Part shown: in pieces, positions 48,724-61,924 of the stretch | Numbering within the stretch: the first letter of the stretch is position 1 | Layout of the letters: every line of letters starts with the position of its first letter | Origin: Raja brachyura | Taxonomy: Eukaryota | Assembly: GCA_963514005.1 (NCBI GenBank) | Contig: OY740791.1 | Coordinates: forward strand, 51,832,001 to 51,896,000 | DNA length: 64,000 nt | Reading direction: 5' to 3' | Translations under genes and position numbers: made by a program | The notes under the pieces: generated by a model | The model's database searches: none | The model's input: only the letters and a program-made list of their open reading frames with translations | What the model was told of the DNA's origin: nothing

Positions 48724-49945
48724 GAAACATAGAAACATAGAAAATAGGTGCAGGAGGCCATTTGGCCCTTCGAGCCAGCACAGCCATTAATTGTGATCAT
48801 GGCTGATCGTCCCCAATCAATAACCCATGCCCGCCTTCTCCACATATCCCTAGATTCCACTAGCCCCTATAGCTCTATCTAAATCTCTTAAATCCATCCA
48901 GCGATTTGGCCTCCACTGCCCTCTGTGGCAGGGAATTCCACAAATTCACAACTCTCTGGGTGAAAAGGTTTTTTCTCACCTCAGTCTAAAATGGCCTCCC
49001 CTTTATTCTAAGACTGTGGCCCCTGGTTCTGGACTCGCCCAACATTGGGAATATTTTTCCTGCATCTAGCTTGTCCAGTCCTTTTAGAATTTTATATGTT
49101 TCTATCAGATACCCCCTCATCCTTCTAAACTCCAGTGAATACAAGCCTAGTCTTCTTAATCTTTCCTCATATGACAGTCCCGCCATCCCAGGGAACAATC
49201 TTGTGAACCTACGCTGCACTGCCTCAATCACAAGGATGTCCTTCCTCAAATTAGGAGACCAAAACTGTATGCAATACTCCAGATGTGGTCTTACCAGAGC
49301 CCTATACAACTGCAGAAGAACCTCTCTACTCCTATACTGAAATCCTATTGTTATGATGGCCAATATTCCATTAGCTTTCTTCACTGCCTGCTGTACCTGC
49401 ACACCAACTTTCAGTGACCGTTGCACAAGGACACACAGATCTCGCTTCCCCCCTACCTAACCTAACCCCATTGAGATAATAATCTGCCCCCTTGTTTTTG
49501 CCATCAAAGTGGATAACCTCACATTTATCTAGATTATATTGCATCTGCCACGCATCTGCCCACTCACTCAACCTGTCCAGGTCACCCTGCAACCTCCTAA
49601 CATCCTCTTCACAGTTCACATTGCCACACAGTTTTGTGTCATCCACAAACTTGCTAGTGTTGCTCCTAATTCCCTCTTCCAAATCATTAATATATATGGT
49701 GAACAGTTGCGGCCCCAACACCGAGCCTTGCGGCACTCCACTCGCCACTGCCTGCCATTCTGAAAAGGATCCATTCACTCCTACTCTTTGCTTCCTGTCT
49801 GTCAACCAATTTTTTATCCACGTCAACACCCTACCCCCAATACCATGTGCTCTAATTTTAGTCACCAGTCTCCTGTGCGGGACTTTATCAAAGATTTTCT
49901 GAAAGTCTAGATACACTACATCCATTTTACTTGTCACATCCTCAA
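48724..49945 (-). mobile_element. CR1-like LINE 3' 1.2 kb
   Basis: [27 protein letters not shown]; (AGAAACAT)n tail. Confidence 0.92.
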
Positions 49946-51252
49946 TTAAGAACCAGAGTCGCATAGGTATAAGGTGAAGGTGGAAAGATTTTATAGGAAT
50001 GTGATGGGTAACTGTTTCACGGATAGGCCACGGGTTTCACGGTGTATGGAATGACTGCCAGAGGAGGAAGTTGAGGCAAGGCCTATTGTGATGTTTAAGA
50101 AGCAATTAAACAGGTACATGGATAGGACAGGTTAGAGGGATATGGGCCAAAAGCAGGCAGGTGGGACTAGTGTAGATGGGACATGTTGGTCAGTATGGGC
50201 AAGTTGGGCTGAGGGTCCTGTTTAACACTGTATGATTACTCTATGACACTATTTAGTGAAAATCTTCCTCTTTCATATGGTCTCCCAAAGTGTAACACTT
50301 CACATTCCATCTGCCTTGTATAAACCCATATTTCCAACAGATTTATATCCTGCTGTATCCTTCGACACTTGAGTTGTCTTTAAGTTTAGATCATTTAGAT
50401 TAGTTTAGATTAGTTTAGTTTAGTATGAAAACATTATAACCATATGTAATCAATGATTCTGTAGTCCGTAGGATCAGGCTTGGTGATTCTGCAATGTTTA
50501 AATTACTTGTTTTCAAAAGTTATTGGGTTCATACTCTGCTCCATGTTACTAGTACATGATCATGTTGGGTGGATCTGAGCACTTCTAAAGGACTATTACA
50601 TTGTCACAGATTACCTGGACATTAGTCAAAGACCCTCTGAGAATACCACATTTATCTTAGAAGCACAAATTTAAATTTGACAAACTAAATTTATGCAAAG
50701 GTAGACATGATTAATCTATTGCATCATTTCCCAAGCAAATGTAGTCAATGGTTTGAATGGAATTCTTTTGTTTATAAAGAAAAAACAATGAGCGTAAATA
50801 AGTATCAGTATGACTTTAAGAATTGAGTGCTCCATGTGCTGGTGACCGTGGTGAATTGTTGCTCCAGGCACTGCTGTTTAGTTGAGAGCTACTGCCTTCA
50901 GTAAAGAATGTTCTGTTCATACCGTGGTATCTCTCTGATAGACTCCATGTGCCATAACATATAAGGACACACTCCAGATTGGAAGAGTATCTGAACATAC
51001 AATTGAAACTGACACTCCACTGTCGTATTGTGGGATTGATGCCACATTGGATGTACCACCCTATCAGAGATTAACATTGTGATTCTTTGTAAAACTAAGA
51101 TCTTTCTGCCCTCTCAGTTGGACACAAGTGATCTGAAGTCAAAGGAGATTGGTCATGACAACATTGCTATCTTAGACAAAATAGCAAACTGAAATAACAA
51201 ACTGAAAAAAGTGAAATCCACCTTCTCAACAACAGAAACACAAACACATTTA

Positions 51253-52080
51253 TGGACTGATCCAGGATGGGGAGGAAGTGACACAGCTGGCATCCTGGTG
51301 CCATCGCAACGACCTGGAGCTCAATGCTCTTAAGACAGTGGAATTGATTGTGGACTTTAGGAGAGCTCCCACTCCCCTCATCCCACTCACCATGCACAAC
51401 ACCACAGTCACATCTGTGGAATCTTTTAAGTTCCTGGGAACCATAATTTCCAAGGACCTTAAATGGGGGGCCACCATCGACTCCACAGTCAAAAGGGCAC
51501 AGAGGATGTACTTCTTGTGGCAGCTGAGGAAACACAATCTACCACAGGCACATGGTCCAATTCTATATAGTCATCGTAAAGTCCGTCCTCACCTTCTCCA
51601 TCATGGTCTGGTTTGGCACAGCCAACAAGCACCACATCCGGAGGATGCAGCGAATCGTCCAATTAGCTGAGAAGGTTATTGGCTGCAACCTTCCCACCAT
51701 TGATGAACTGTACACTGCAAGGGCCAGGATGCGAGCGGGTAAGATTATCTCTGACCCCTCTCACCCTGGCCACAAACTCTTTGAGTTACTTCCCTCTGTA
51801 AGGCTACTCTGTACTGTCAAAGCTGCCACAGCCAGACACAAAAACAGCTTTTTTTCCACGAGTAGTAGCTTTACTCAATAACCAAAAATCTGTAGCCTCC
51901 TTTTGCTCTGGTATTTTATTTAATTCACGTTTAATCGATAATGTTCTATTGTTAATGTTTAATGTTATGAGATTCCTAACTGTCACTGTATGTCATGTTC
52001 TCACTTGCGGGCGGAGCACCATGGCAAATTCCTTGTATGTGAATATACTTGGCCAATAAACTTATTCATTCATTCATTTA
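51253..52080 (+). mobile_element. Rex1/Babar-like LINE 3' fragment
   Basis: LELNALKTVELIVDFRR, FKFLG, SHPGHKLFELLPS; tail CAATAAAC(TTCA)n. Confidence 0.85.
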
Positions 52081-52181
52081 ATCTCAGTAACTGTTCTTTT
52101 CTCTTTTTTTCTCAATGAGAAAATTGTCATTGCCAGTTTTTAGAATCATATGCTCATTAAGAACTTCATCATGCACCTTAC

Positions 52182-52295
52182 CTCTCCTCTTACGAATTCC
52201 CAGAAACACCACCACTGCCAGGATAATGAAGAGCAGAGAAGTCACGATGCTAATAATAATGACAGTAATAATAATTTTTTCTGGAGAGGAATCAC
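52182..52295 (-). CDS. Gene B transmembrane exon
   Basis: 114 bp, phase 1-1, CAG/GTAAGG; DSSPEK-IIITVIIISIVTSLLFIILAVVVFLGI-RKRR (uncharged TM plus basic stop-transfer). Confidence 0.9.
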
Positions 52296-52746
52296 CTGTC
52301 AGAAGAATAAGCACAGATGTTACTTTGAGTTTCTAAACCATCATTCCAAAGCATTTCCAATCTTCCAGCTGTAATCATGTGGCCTAGTTTATAATTAACC
52401 AGCAGAGTCCAGAGGTCTTGGACTTACTTCCTGATCCAAGTTAACAGACCTCGCTCAGGAAGATCTGAGAGCTTTAATTGTCCTCAGTACCCATCAGTTA
52501 ACGACAGGAAACAAATGACACAAGGTTATTGTTCCTGCTTTCAATTAGGCAATCCCGTCTGGCATGAGATGTGTGCAATAGCTGGATCCAAGTGGGCTGT
52601 GATGCTGCCCATTGTCCAACGGGTTCTATATTTATAAACTCAAACAGCACGGAAACAAGACCTTCCCCATTACTTGCCTATGCCAATTAAGATGCCCTAT
52701 CCACGCGAGTCCTACTTTGACCCGTTTGGCACATATCCCTCTAAAC

Positions 52747-52938
52747 CAGTGGTTCTTAGCGTGGGGGTCGTGACCCCCTGTGGGGATCATTTGGGGCTTT
52801 GCCAGGGGTCATGAAGGTGACATAAATAACATATCAATTTGTTGAGCACATGTTTAGGAACCTAATAAAGGTACATACTACATACAGTAATTTATCTTTG
52901 TATGTGCGTAATGGTGCCAAAAAGGTTAAGAACCACTG
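52747..52938. mobile_element. hAT (Charlie-like) MITE, 192 bp
   Basis: TIR CAGTGGTTCTTA / TAAGAACCACTG; perfect 8-bp TSD CTCTAAAC; inserted in a CR1 tail. Confidence 0.9.
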
Positions 52939-53027
52939 CTCTAAACCTTCACTATCCATGCACTTGCCAAAATGTATTTTAAATGTTGTTATCGTACATG
53001 CCTCATCTAACTCCTCTGGCAGCTATT

Positions 53028-53492
53028 GCAAGGTTAATTCCCGGGATGATGGGACTGTCATATGCTGAGAGAATGGAGCGGCTGGGCTTGTAAACTCTGG
53101 AATTTAGAAGGATGAGAGGGGATCTTATTGAAACATATAAGATTGTTAAGGGTTTGGACACGCTAGAGGAAGAAAACGTGTTCCCGATTTTGGGGTAGTC
53201 CAGAACCACAGTTCAAGAATAACGAGTAAGCCATTTAGAACAGAGACGAGGAAACACTTTTGCTCACAGAGAGTTGTGAGTCTGTGGAATTCTCTGCCTC
53301 AGAGGAGGCTGGTTCTATGGATACTTTCAAGAGAGAGCCAGATAGGGCTCTTAAAGATAGCAGAGTTGGTGAATATGGGGAGAAGGCAGGAACGGGGTAC
53401 TGATTGGGGATGATCAGCCATGATCACATTGAATGGCGGTGCTGGCTCAAAGGGCCGAATGGCCTACTCCTGCACCTATTGTCTATTGTCTA
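53028..53492 (+). mobile_element. CR1-like LINE 3' fragment
   Basis: Colinear with 40130-40595; ends CCTATTGTCTATTGTCTAT. Confidence 0.85.
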
Positions 53493-55518
53493 TTTCATAT
53501 ACCCAGCACCTATCTGTGTGAAAAAGTTGCCTCTCAATTTCCTATTAATCCTTCCCTTCTCAGTTTTATTCCCTTACCCTGGTTAAAAGACTCTGCATTC
53601 ACCCCATTTATTCCCCACATAATCTCATACATCTTTATAATATAATTCCTCACTTTCCTGCCCTCCACAGAATAATGTCCTTCTCCCTATAGCTCACGCC
53701 CTCAGGTCCTGGCAACGTCCTCATAAATCTTCCCTGACTCCTTCCAGTTTAACAAAATCTTTCCTATAGCAGGGTGACCAAAACTGAACACAATACTCTA
53801 AATGTGGCCTCATCAACGTCTTGTACACTGTAACATAACATCCCAACTTCTATACACAATACTTTGACTGATGAAGGCAAGCCTTTTTGACAGTATGCGT
53901 GACAAATGCTATAATGTATGCGACAAGGAATGCCCAAAATAGCAGAATGGTACACAGATTGTAGTGCAATGTGAAGTAGTATAAAAAAAATTTTTTGTCT
54001 GAAAATACTTTGACGAACTCTCACAAATAATTTTCAATCAGCAACCTTAATTATATTCATCTTTCCACAGATGCTCTCTGACCTGATGAATGATTCCAGC
54101 ATTCTGATTTTATTTCATATTTAAGCAGACGTAGTTCTTTTTCATTTGATTGCGTACTTGACCAACCTATTGCTATTCTATTGCAATGCAGCAGAATATT
54201 CTGCTGAATGTTTTGTGTATAATCTTTCATTTCTTGTAGTAAGGTTGACCAGTTCATCAATGCTGCACAGATGCCAATCTGTTCACAAACCCATTTAGTT
54301 TAAGGCTCCGTGATGGACACTTCAGACTGGGCAGCAGCCGGCTGTAGTTAGACCAAAGGACGGGCAGGCTTGTGTAGCAACTCCTTGGAGGTCAAGGTTC
54401 AAATTCAGATCTGCCCCAACGGAGTCTGATGGAAACTGTGATGAGGATGCGCACATGGGAAGGCTTCTCCACCTTACAGCATGGAAGAGATGTCAAGGTG
54501 AGTCAGAGATCCCATCTCCAACCTCCTGCACGGCTTTCTGTAGAGCCATGAGCACAGGTTACCAATCATAGGGTTGGGGACACAACAGTGGGAGAGGGAG
54601 TGGAGGTGGCCTCTCCCTGGTGCAGCGGCTGCTGGAGCAGGGTTCTACTGTCACTGAGGCACGGGTAGAGGAAAACCAAAGTCTTCATTCCTCAGTGGAC
54701 TCTCAGACGACTGCAGTCAGAGCTCTGTTGTTGTCACACGGGGGGAGACTGCTGCTCTGCAGAAGAAAATCAACACCAACCAAGAGCACACAGTGACCAT
54801 CAGGAATCAAGCTGCTGCTGCCAGGGAGAGTTTTACATGTGTTGGTGTATTGAAGCAGCAGGGTCGGCAAAACAAAGCTTTCCCGAAGGAGTGTTAAAGC
54901 AGAAAGCATTAAATGATGTTGGATATTTATTGAGTTCACTTGACTTCTGAGCCATTGAATGAAAGTGCAGATGGAGACATGAGGAAGGGCTTGATAAAAT
55001 ATATCTCAAATGCAACAGTGCTCATTGTGTGTCTGAACTTTGTCCTGAATTCATGTCTGTGTGTGACAGGACACACCCATCGCCACATTGACAATGACAC
55101 AACTCCTCTGTTGTTTTAGGCCAAAAATGTCCAAAAGCTAATTTTGAAATTAATTCTCACCACATTTGTGATCTTGAGGAGGTAGTCATTGGATACTAGG
55201 AGTAACTACCCCACACATTTAATGCCCAAGGAATGGGTGAAATCCAATTTCTGGACAAATGTGTCACATTTATCTACAGTAGCAGCAAGCTACCGACATC
55301 TACATATAGTCCTGAGAATGTTTATTTTTTCTTCTCCAGTTTTGTGGATTCAGATGTTACTGATGGTGCCAATGTGGGAACCACAGACCCTTCCACACAG
55401 CGGGCAGGAGTTACCAGAGATACTAATCACAGTGGGTTATGAAATATGATATGTTAGAAGAAATAAATAACATTACGTTTCTGTGGAAATTACAAAGAGC
55501 AGAAGACAAGACACTTAC

Positions 55519-55791
55519 CATTGTGCTGCAATGACTTCAGATCACACAGAATTAAAACCTTGGGAGTATTTTGATGAAACAAACCACATGTATGATTCCT
55601 TTTGTCTGCAACAGCTTTTGGAATGATCAGCTTTAAAGATCTCTCTTCCTGCCTTAGCTCCTTGGAAATTTCCTCTCCCACTATTTTGCCATCACCATTG
55701 ATGCAAGCAAGTTTCATTGACTCAGTGATCTTTGACACAGTGCAGCTCAGGGTAATGTTGTCTCCCTCAGTCGCTGCGTTAGATTGTACAG
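55519..55791 (-). CDS. Gene B Ig D8 exon (C2-like, divergent)
   Basis: 273 bp, phase 1-1, CAG/GTAAGT; EGDNITLSCTVS..LACING..NHTCGLF. Confidence 0.85.
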
Positions 55792-56896
55792 CTGGAAAAC
55801 AAGAAATTCACTGAGAATTAAAACAACAGCTGGAGTTTCTGCCCAAGGTGTTTTTAAACCCCGATGCCTGTCGAACTAACCCAAAGGATCACTGACAAGC
55901 TTTTGTACCGACGTTGAGAACAACAACTTTAAGAATAAGCACCAATTCACACAACGCTCCCACTGGACACAACACCCTGCAGCTACAGATAGTCCATGAA
56001 TTGCAGCCTTTTTCATACTTCAAGATGACTCCAAAAATGAATCAGCAACTTCAGGGGGAAAAGAGGAATTTGCGGATTATTTGAGGAGCATCTGAGTGAG
56101 ACGTTCAGAATGGTGACCACTATTGTTGAGACGGGTTACTCTGCAAACAGCACGTAACACACAGAGGACCCAAGTTACAGACTTCTTGGATTTATATTGG
56201 GATTGGTAGTCTGCTTGGGCAAGCTTCAAAAATGTTTCTTCACAATTTAAAGGGATCTTCCATGAGCAGGAAACAAACAAATGATTAGAACCAAATGCAA
56301 GTGAGTTCCCTTTAATTTATTTCATTACCGGTTCTCACTTGAGCCTCTCTGCTCCCCTCCCCCCCTCCACCCTCCTCCAGACCCCAACGCCATCTCATCA
56401 CTTTCACCCAATCAAGAATCCCACGCACCCATCACCCAACAGCCTCTCCACCCATTGATCACATGATCGGACAGCACCATCCACCAATCAGTCGACACCA
56501 CCCACTCCCACCAGTCAAATAAAAGACAGACGGCCAGTCCGAGACACCACCCACTTCCCACCACCACGACTGTCAGCAGCGACCCTCACCCCGAGTCTAC
56601 TTCCCGTTAATGGCCCAACTCCCAACACATAGTAATGGTGCTTCAAACTCAGGGAATCCACAGGTGGAGGAGTGGCAAAGGGATTTTTTTTTTAATTTGT
56701 GATTTAACATGAGTTTAATCGGGGCAATTTTTTAATGAGTAAAATAAAACTATATTTGAGTAGCAGTTTTATTGAAGTAAATTTTTTTTCAGAGTAAAAT
56801 TTTTGGAGAAATTTGTGCTGAAATCAAAGTCTGCATGAAAGTGAGTACTTTAGCCCAATGACTTTAGCATTCATGTTCCAACATTCAGTCTCCTAC

Positions 56897-57235
56897 CTGT
56901 AACTGTGATTAGATCAATGGTGACATATTTATTTGATCCCATGAAACATGTGTAAACTCCAGCATCTGCAAATCGCACGGGGACAATCCTCACACGGACA
57001 TTCGTGCCATTCACATTTCCCTCTGTGGTTACCAGTCGATTCCCAAAGTTACTCGTGTCGACATGGATCGGCTCAGACCTGTGAGAAGAAGCTATTTCCT
57101 TCACTTGATTCTGGAAATGTTGTGAATGCCAAGTCCATTTAGTTTCACTGAGCTCTGGAGAAGCTTCACAAATCAAGTTGAGTTCACTGTGATCTGTGAC
57201 TGAGCGATAAACTTTGTACGTCTTGTTGTGTAAAT
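56897..57235 (-). CDS. Gene B Ig D7 exon (V-set)
   Basis: 339 bp, phase 1-1; 18 of 113 aa differ from gene A D7; DAGVYTC. Confidence 0.9.
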
Positions 57236-58031
57236 CTGCAAGAGAGGGACAGGGAACAAAGAATTAGATTTCCACAGATAGTAAGATACAGATAATCTGA
57301 ATTTCCACAGGGACAATCCCCGGCTCTGGGATGTCAGCTGGGAGGGCCGCACTGAGACAGGGAAGTAGGCTGGGAGCTGCAATATATATATTGTTCAAAC
57401 GCAGGGCTGTGCAACAAAATCCATCTTCCCCAGCCACACGCCCAGCAAAGTGATACTGGTGGACTGGAGATAATAAAAAATCTGTTACCCAGTCTCAGAA
57501 ATCGATTACAGTGAAATGTTTATCACACATTGAACTGGGCATCATTGTACCTCTCAGGTTGTTATACAAGGTGAGTCCTACAGAGAGAGGGACATGAAGG
57601 AACATTATTTGGACGATGGGAGCGCTCCTGAATGTCAGACAATAAGATCACTGGAGTGAGTGACAAACAACACCCAACCCAAGTAAATGATTCCGCCAAC
57701 AACTGAATCTTGGTACAGCTGCACATTATCTCTAATAAGTTCATATTTCCCTCCTCTATTCTAGACAGAAGACTACTTGCTTCTCTCCATTGATGAATGT
57801 TATCCCCTTTGATTCATGCATGCTAATTGAAATTAATCCCTTGGTTCTCCTGTGTGGCTCCATCAATCATAGTGCCACCATTTTATATTTACACCATGTC
57901 CCAGGCGTAAAGGCAATGCCCACATCCTGCAGTGAAAGACCACGATGGAGACAGTGCTCACTGTACAATATGTGGAACAGTTTGATATCAGGAACTATTT
58001 AATCCCTGCCACAAGGCAGCTTTGGACTCAC

Positions 58032-58304
58032 CCTGATCCACTTCAACGTTGATGTCTCCAGTGAGAACAATGGAGCCATTTTCCTGCGCTTCCCATGTGT
58101 ACAGATCGGGATTTCCTGCTCCAACGTGTTGGACCATCAGATAGACGATGTTATTCAGACGGATCTGATCAGTGTTGTTCTTCCTGTTCTGCTGAGACGA
58201 GCCTCTTGGTTTCCAGTGAAGACTGACGGTATCTACGAGTCTGGAGATGGTACAGCTGAGGGTCATGTCACTGCCCATTACTGGCCTCGGTGAGTCTCCC
58301 TCAA
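58032..58304 (-). CDS. Gene B Ig D6 exon (C2-like, F-strand Trp)
   Basis: 273 bp, phase 1-1; 3 aa longer than gene A D6; LYTWEA. Confidence 0.88.
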
Positions 58305-59548
58305 CTGTGGAAACAGACACATGACGTGTGGTTCAGTTTTCACAACCAGATTTCTGAACTACTGGGGGCAAAATTATCTTTTTCCTGCAAACAGACAGTC
58401 GGCCGAATGCTGAGCAGCCGTGCTCGGTGATGGCATCAACACTTCTAGGTAGTGACCACCTGTCCCCCTCGGCCCCCTAGTCTCGCACATCTACCCGCTG
58501 CTGCCGAACAACATCATCAAAAGAGATTGAGCAGCTTCCACAGCTATGTTCCCAGCATCAGCTCTGCCTCCCCCCACCTCACGCAACCCTCACATGGTCT
58601 CTGTGCTGTCAATGACTTGGCTAACAATGGCCTGATAAAGCAAGGTCACTGCTGCTGACCTTGTGGAAGCTGCTACAGAGGTTCGCCTTATCTGTGGGTA
58701 GGATTTCACTTTCCCAGTGTCAGGGCCAGTTTATGTGAATACCTGACCTCAACATGGTCATCATATTGGTTGAGCTGACAATCACACTCGGTGACAGAAA
58801 ATGAAGAAGGGAAAACTGAAAGTTAATTTTAATATTTTAATATTTTAACAATTTACAGAATCCAATATGTTGGAACACAGATCTTAGATATTGATGGAGC
58901 TAAAATATAAGCATTTTGACAACATGCTCCAGGAGCAACACCTCATCTTTGGTCTGGGCAAGTTGCTACCTTCTATTGTCAATATGGAACTCCCATCTCC
59001 ATAAGGATTAATACCGTCTGCCATCATTGTTTTCCGTTTCCTCTCTGTGTAGAGAGTGTGTCGCAGTCGGCCAGAACCACATCATCAACAAATTGCTCAG
59101 CTACAGTGGCTTGATCTTATCCCACCTGCCACATGTCTTCTCTCCATCAGGAGAAGTTCCCTGGTTTCACCACATTTCAATGCTGCCTGGGCTGCCGTCT
59201 TTCTCAAGTCTTTCCCAGAAATCTTGACTGTTTCTCCTGACTTGCTGACATTTTCCAGCCATTTCTGTTATTGTATTAGAAAGGGTGGTAGGGTGGAGGT
59301 GTGGGGGTAACAGAGCAGTAAAATGGCTAAACATGTCATTAAACATTTTGATGTTTCAACATCTGTCAGTCTTGGCCGTTTCCAAATTGTGGGGATATTC
59401 ATCAATTCATTAACTCTGCAGCATTGTTTGTACAAAACTCATCAAATAACTGACCCAATTCCAACATTCTGTCACAAATTTGTGGAAAACGTTAGAGAAA
59501 AACACATTTATGTTCCTTGTGCACCTTTCTGTTCCTTGTCCAACATAC

Positions 59549-59887
59549 CTTTGATCCCAAATAGTTCCCACTGTCTCAGGATTTTCCCACCAGGCTGTGT
59601 CTGATTCCAGGTGAACAGTCCTGCAACTTGAAAGGTGGGCTTCCTGATCCTCAGATCAAGGGTACCCCAGTCTGCATGCATCCTCTGGGAAAGGCCTGGT
59701 ATTTGATTGTACTCATCACTCCATTGTACGGCCCACCGCTGATCTTCTCTATGAAAAGTGGCCAATCGCTTTGTGGTTTGTTGCCCTGAGTGTGACCTCC
59801 ATTCCAAGTTAATGGCGCCAATTCCAGGACTGTCTGGTCCTTTCAGTACAAAATAGCCTTCCTGGTGGAAAAAGTAAATAGTAGTCC
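59549..59887 (-). CDS. Gene B Ig D5 exon (V-like, cysteine-less)
   Basis: 339 bp, phase 1-1, CAG/GTATGT; close paralog of 4846-5190. Confidence 0.88.
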
Positions 59888-60228
59888 CTGCCAGAAAAGG
59901 AAAATAGAGTTTTAAATTCGGACGATAACTTCTCAGTATGATCTGTGTCCCAATGAATACTGTGAAATTGTTTTCTTTAGAAAGGTTGTTAGTTATAGTT
60001 AATAGAATCATAGAATCTTCTAGCATTGAAACAGGCCCTCTAACACAACCCAGCGACGTCGACCTGTGCACTCTTTCATATTTGTCACATCTGTTTGGTC
60101 AATTGTCTGCAATGCCAATGTGATTCAAGTGTGATTTGCCCAGCAGTTTTAAATAAATCTATATTTTACAACAAGCAGTGAAGTACATCCAGAGAACAGC
60201 TTAGCATTGCGTCATCAATGTAACGTAA

Positions 60229-61817
60229 CGGTACCCGGACGTGGCGCCGACAGACAAGAAGCCGAAGCTAAGAAGTCGAAGCCAAAGAAGCAAAGGGAAA
60301 CGAGGCGGAAATGCTAATAAACCGAAAGAGTTCGAAGACGAAACGATTACTAACCGAAAGGATGGGACGCCTAAATGCAAACTAACCGAAAGGGCGGGAC
60401 GCCTAAAATCCAACGAACCGAAAATCTGCATTGCCTAAAAGCAATGGCCGCTCTGGCAAAACGCCACCTACCAGAAAGGCGGCATCGCCTACAGGCCAAA
60501 GGACCGACTGCCGCTCAACAGAAACGTCCAATAACGGACATGACGTTATGGGGGGGGGGGGGGGGGGGGTACTTGTCAGGGATTGGTCCAGACCCCCGCA
60601 TCCATCACATCACTGTGAAGGTATGGGTCACACAGTGACACAGCTGGGTCACTGTGTGACAGCAGTCTCACCGGCTGGGTCACTGTGTGACACCAGTCTC
60701 ACCGGCTGGGTCTCAGTACAAAACGCCACCCATTCCGTCTCTCCAGAGATGCTGCCTGTTTTGTGCGTGGGAGCTTGGGTGCGTTCCGCAATCACCGAGA
60801 CAGTAATAAATAAAACATCTGTCCCCACACCCTGTGTGGGTGACGGGGTCCGGGGGTTGGAGGGGAGAAATCACCCTGGTGAGGAGATTGGGGTCCGATG
60901 GCGGTGCATCGCGGTCAGTGACTGAGGGACGTTCCCGCGGGTGGAGACGGAGGAGAGAGAAGGGGGAGAGAAGTGGAGAGAGAGAAGGGGGCGAGAGAGA
61001 AGGGGGGGGAGAGAGAAAGGAGGGAGAGAGAATGGAGAGAGGGGGGTGAGGGAGAGAGGAGGGGAAAAGAGGAGGAGAGAGAGAAGAGTGGAGAGAGAGG
61101 AGGAGAAAGAGTAGAGGGGAGAGAGAGGAGAGAGAAGAGGGGAGAGAGAGGAAAGAGAAGAGGGGAGAGAGAGGAGGGGAGAGAAGGGAGAGAGAGATGG
61201 GGAGAGAGAGATGGGGAGAGAGAGATGGGGAGAGAGGGAAGGGGGAGACGGGAGCATGGGGTTCATTTTCCCACACAAGCCATAGGTGACTGGGCAATCT
61301 AAACCCAAACACCAAGTTGAAAGCAGACAAAGGTGCGCATAGCTCAGGACAGCCCTCACTCTCCCGTGGCCACCGTCCGCGCGGGCTGTGGGTCGGGTGG
61401 AGTGGAGGTTTGGGACAATGTTCATCCCTCAACAGTGATGTGATGGACGCGGGGGTCTGGACCAATTGCTGACAAGCCCCGCCCCCCGACAACGTCATGT
61501 GCGTTATTGGACATTTCTGTTGTGCTGCAGTCGGTCCTTTGATCTGTAGGCGACGCCGCCTTTCAGGTAGGTGGCGTTTCCACAGAGTGGCCATTCGGTA
61601 AGTTTGCTTTTAGGCTATGCAGCTCTTCTGTTCGTTAGTTTTATGCGTCCCGCCCTTTCGGTTAATTTGAATTTAGGCGTCCCATCTTTTCGGTTAGTAG
61701 GCGTTTTCTCTTCGTAATCTTTCGGCTTATTGGCGTTTCGGCCTCATTTCCATTCGGTTCTTTGGCTTCGACTTCTTTGGTTCGGCCTCTCGTCCGTCGG
61801 CGCCACGTCCACACACG
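60229..61817. mobile_element. Foldback-like non-autonomous DNA element copy 2, with long imperfect inverted arms and GA core
   Basis: About 390-bp imperfect inverted repeats (60237-60620 vs 61430-61810); GA tract 60950-61250; AATGTAAC on both flanks; absent from the paralogous gene A intron. Confidence 0.75.
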
Positions 61818-61924
61818 AATGTAACAATACATCACAGTTAAGCTAGAAGTTTTATCATTTGACAAGCACATGAGATTGGCATCAGAGGAGAGCAGAAATG
61901 GTAGACAGTTACCACAAGCAATGA

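Noticed and set aside
55320-55442. Plus-strand acceptor followed by a Ser/Thr-rich stalk-like peptide
   Set aside because: Wrong strand for gene B, wrong phase and no convincing donor
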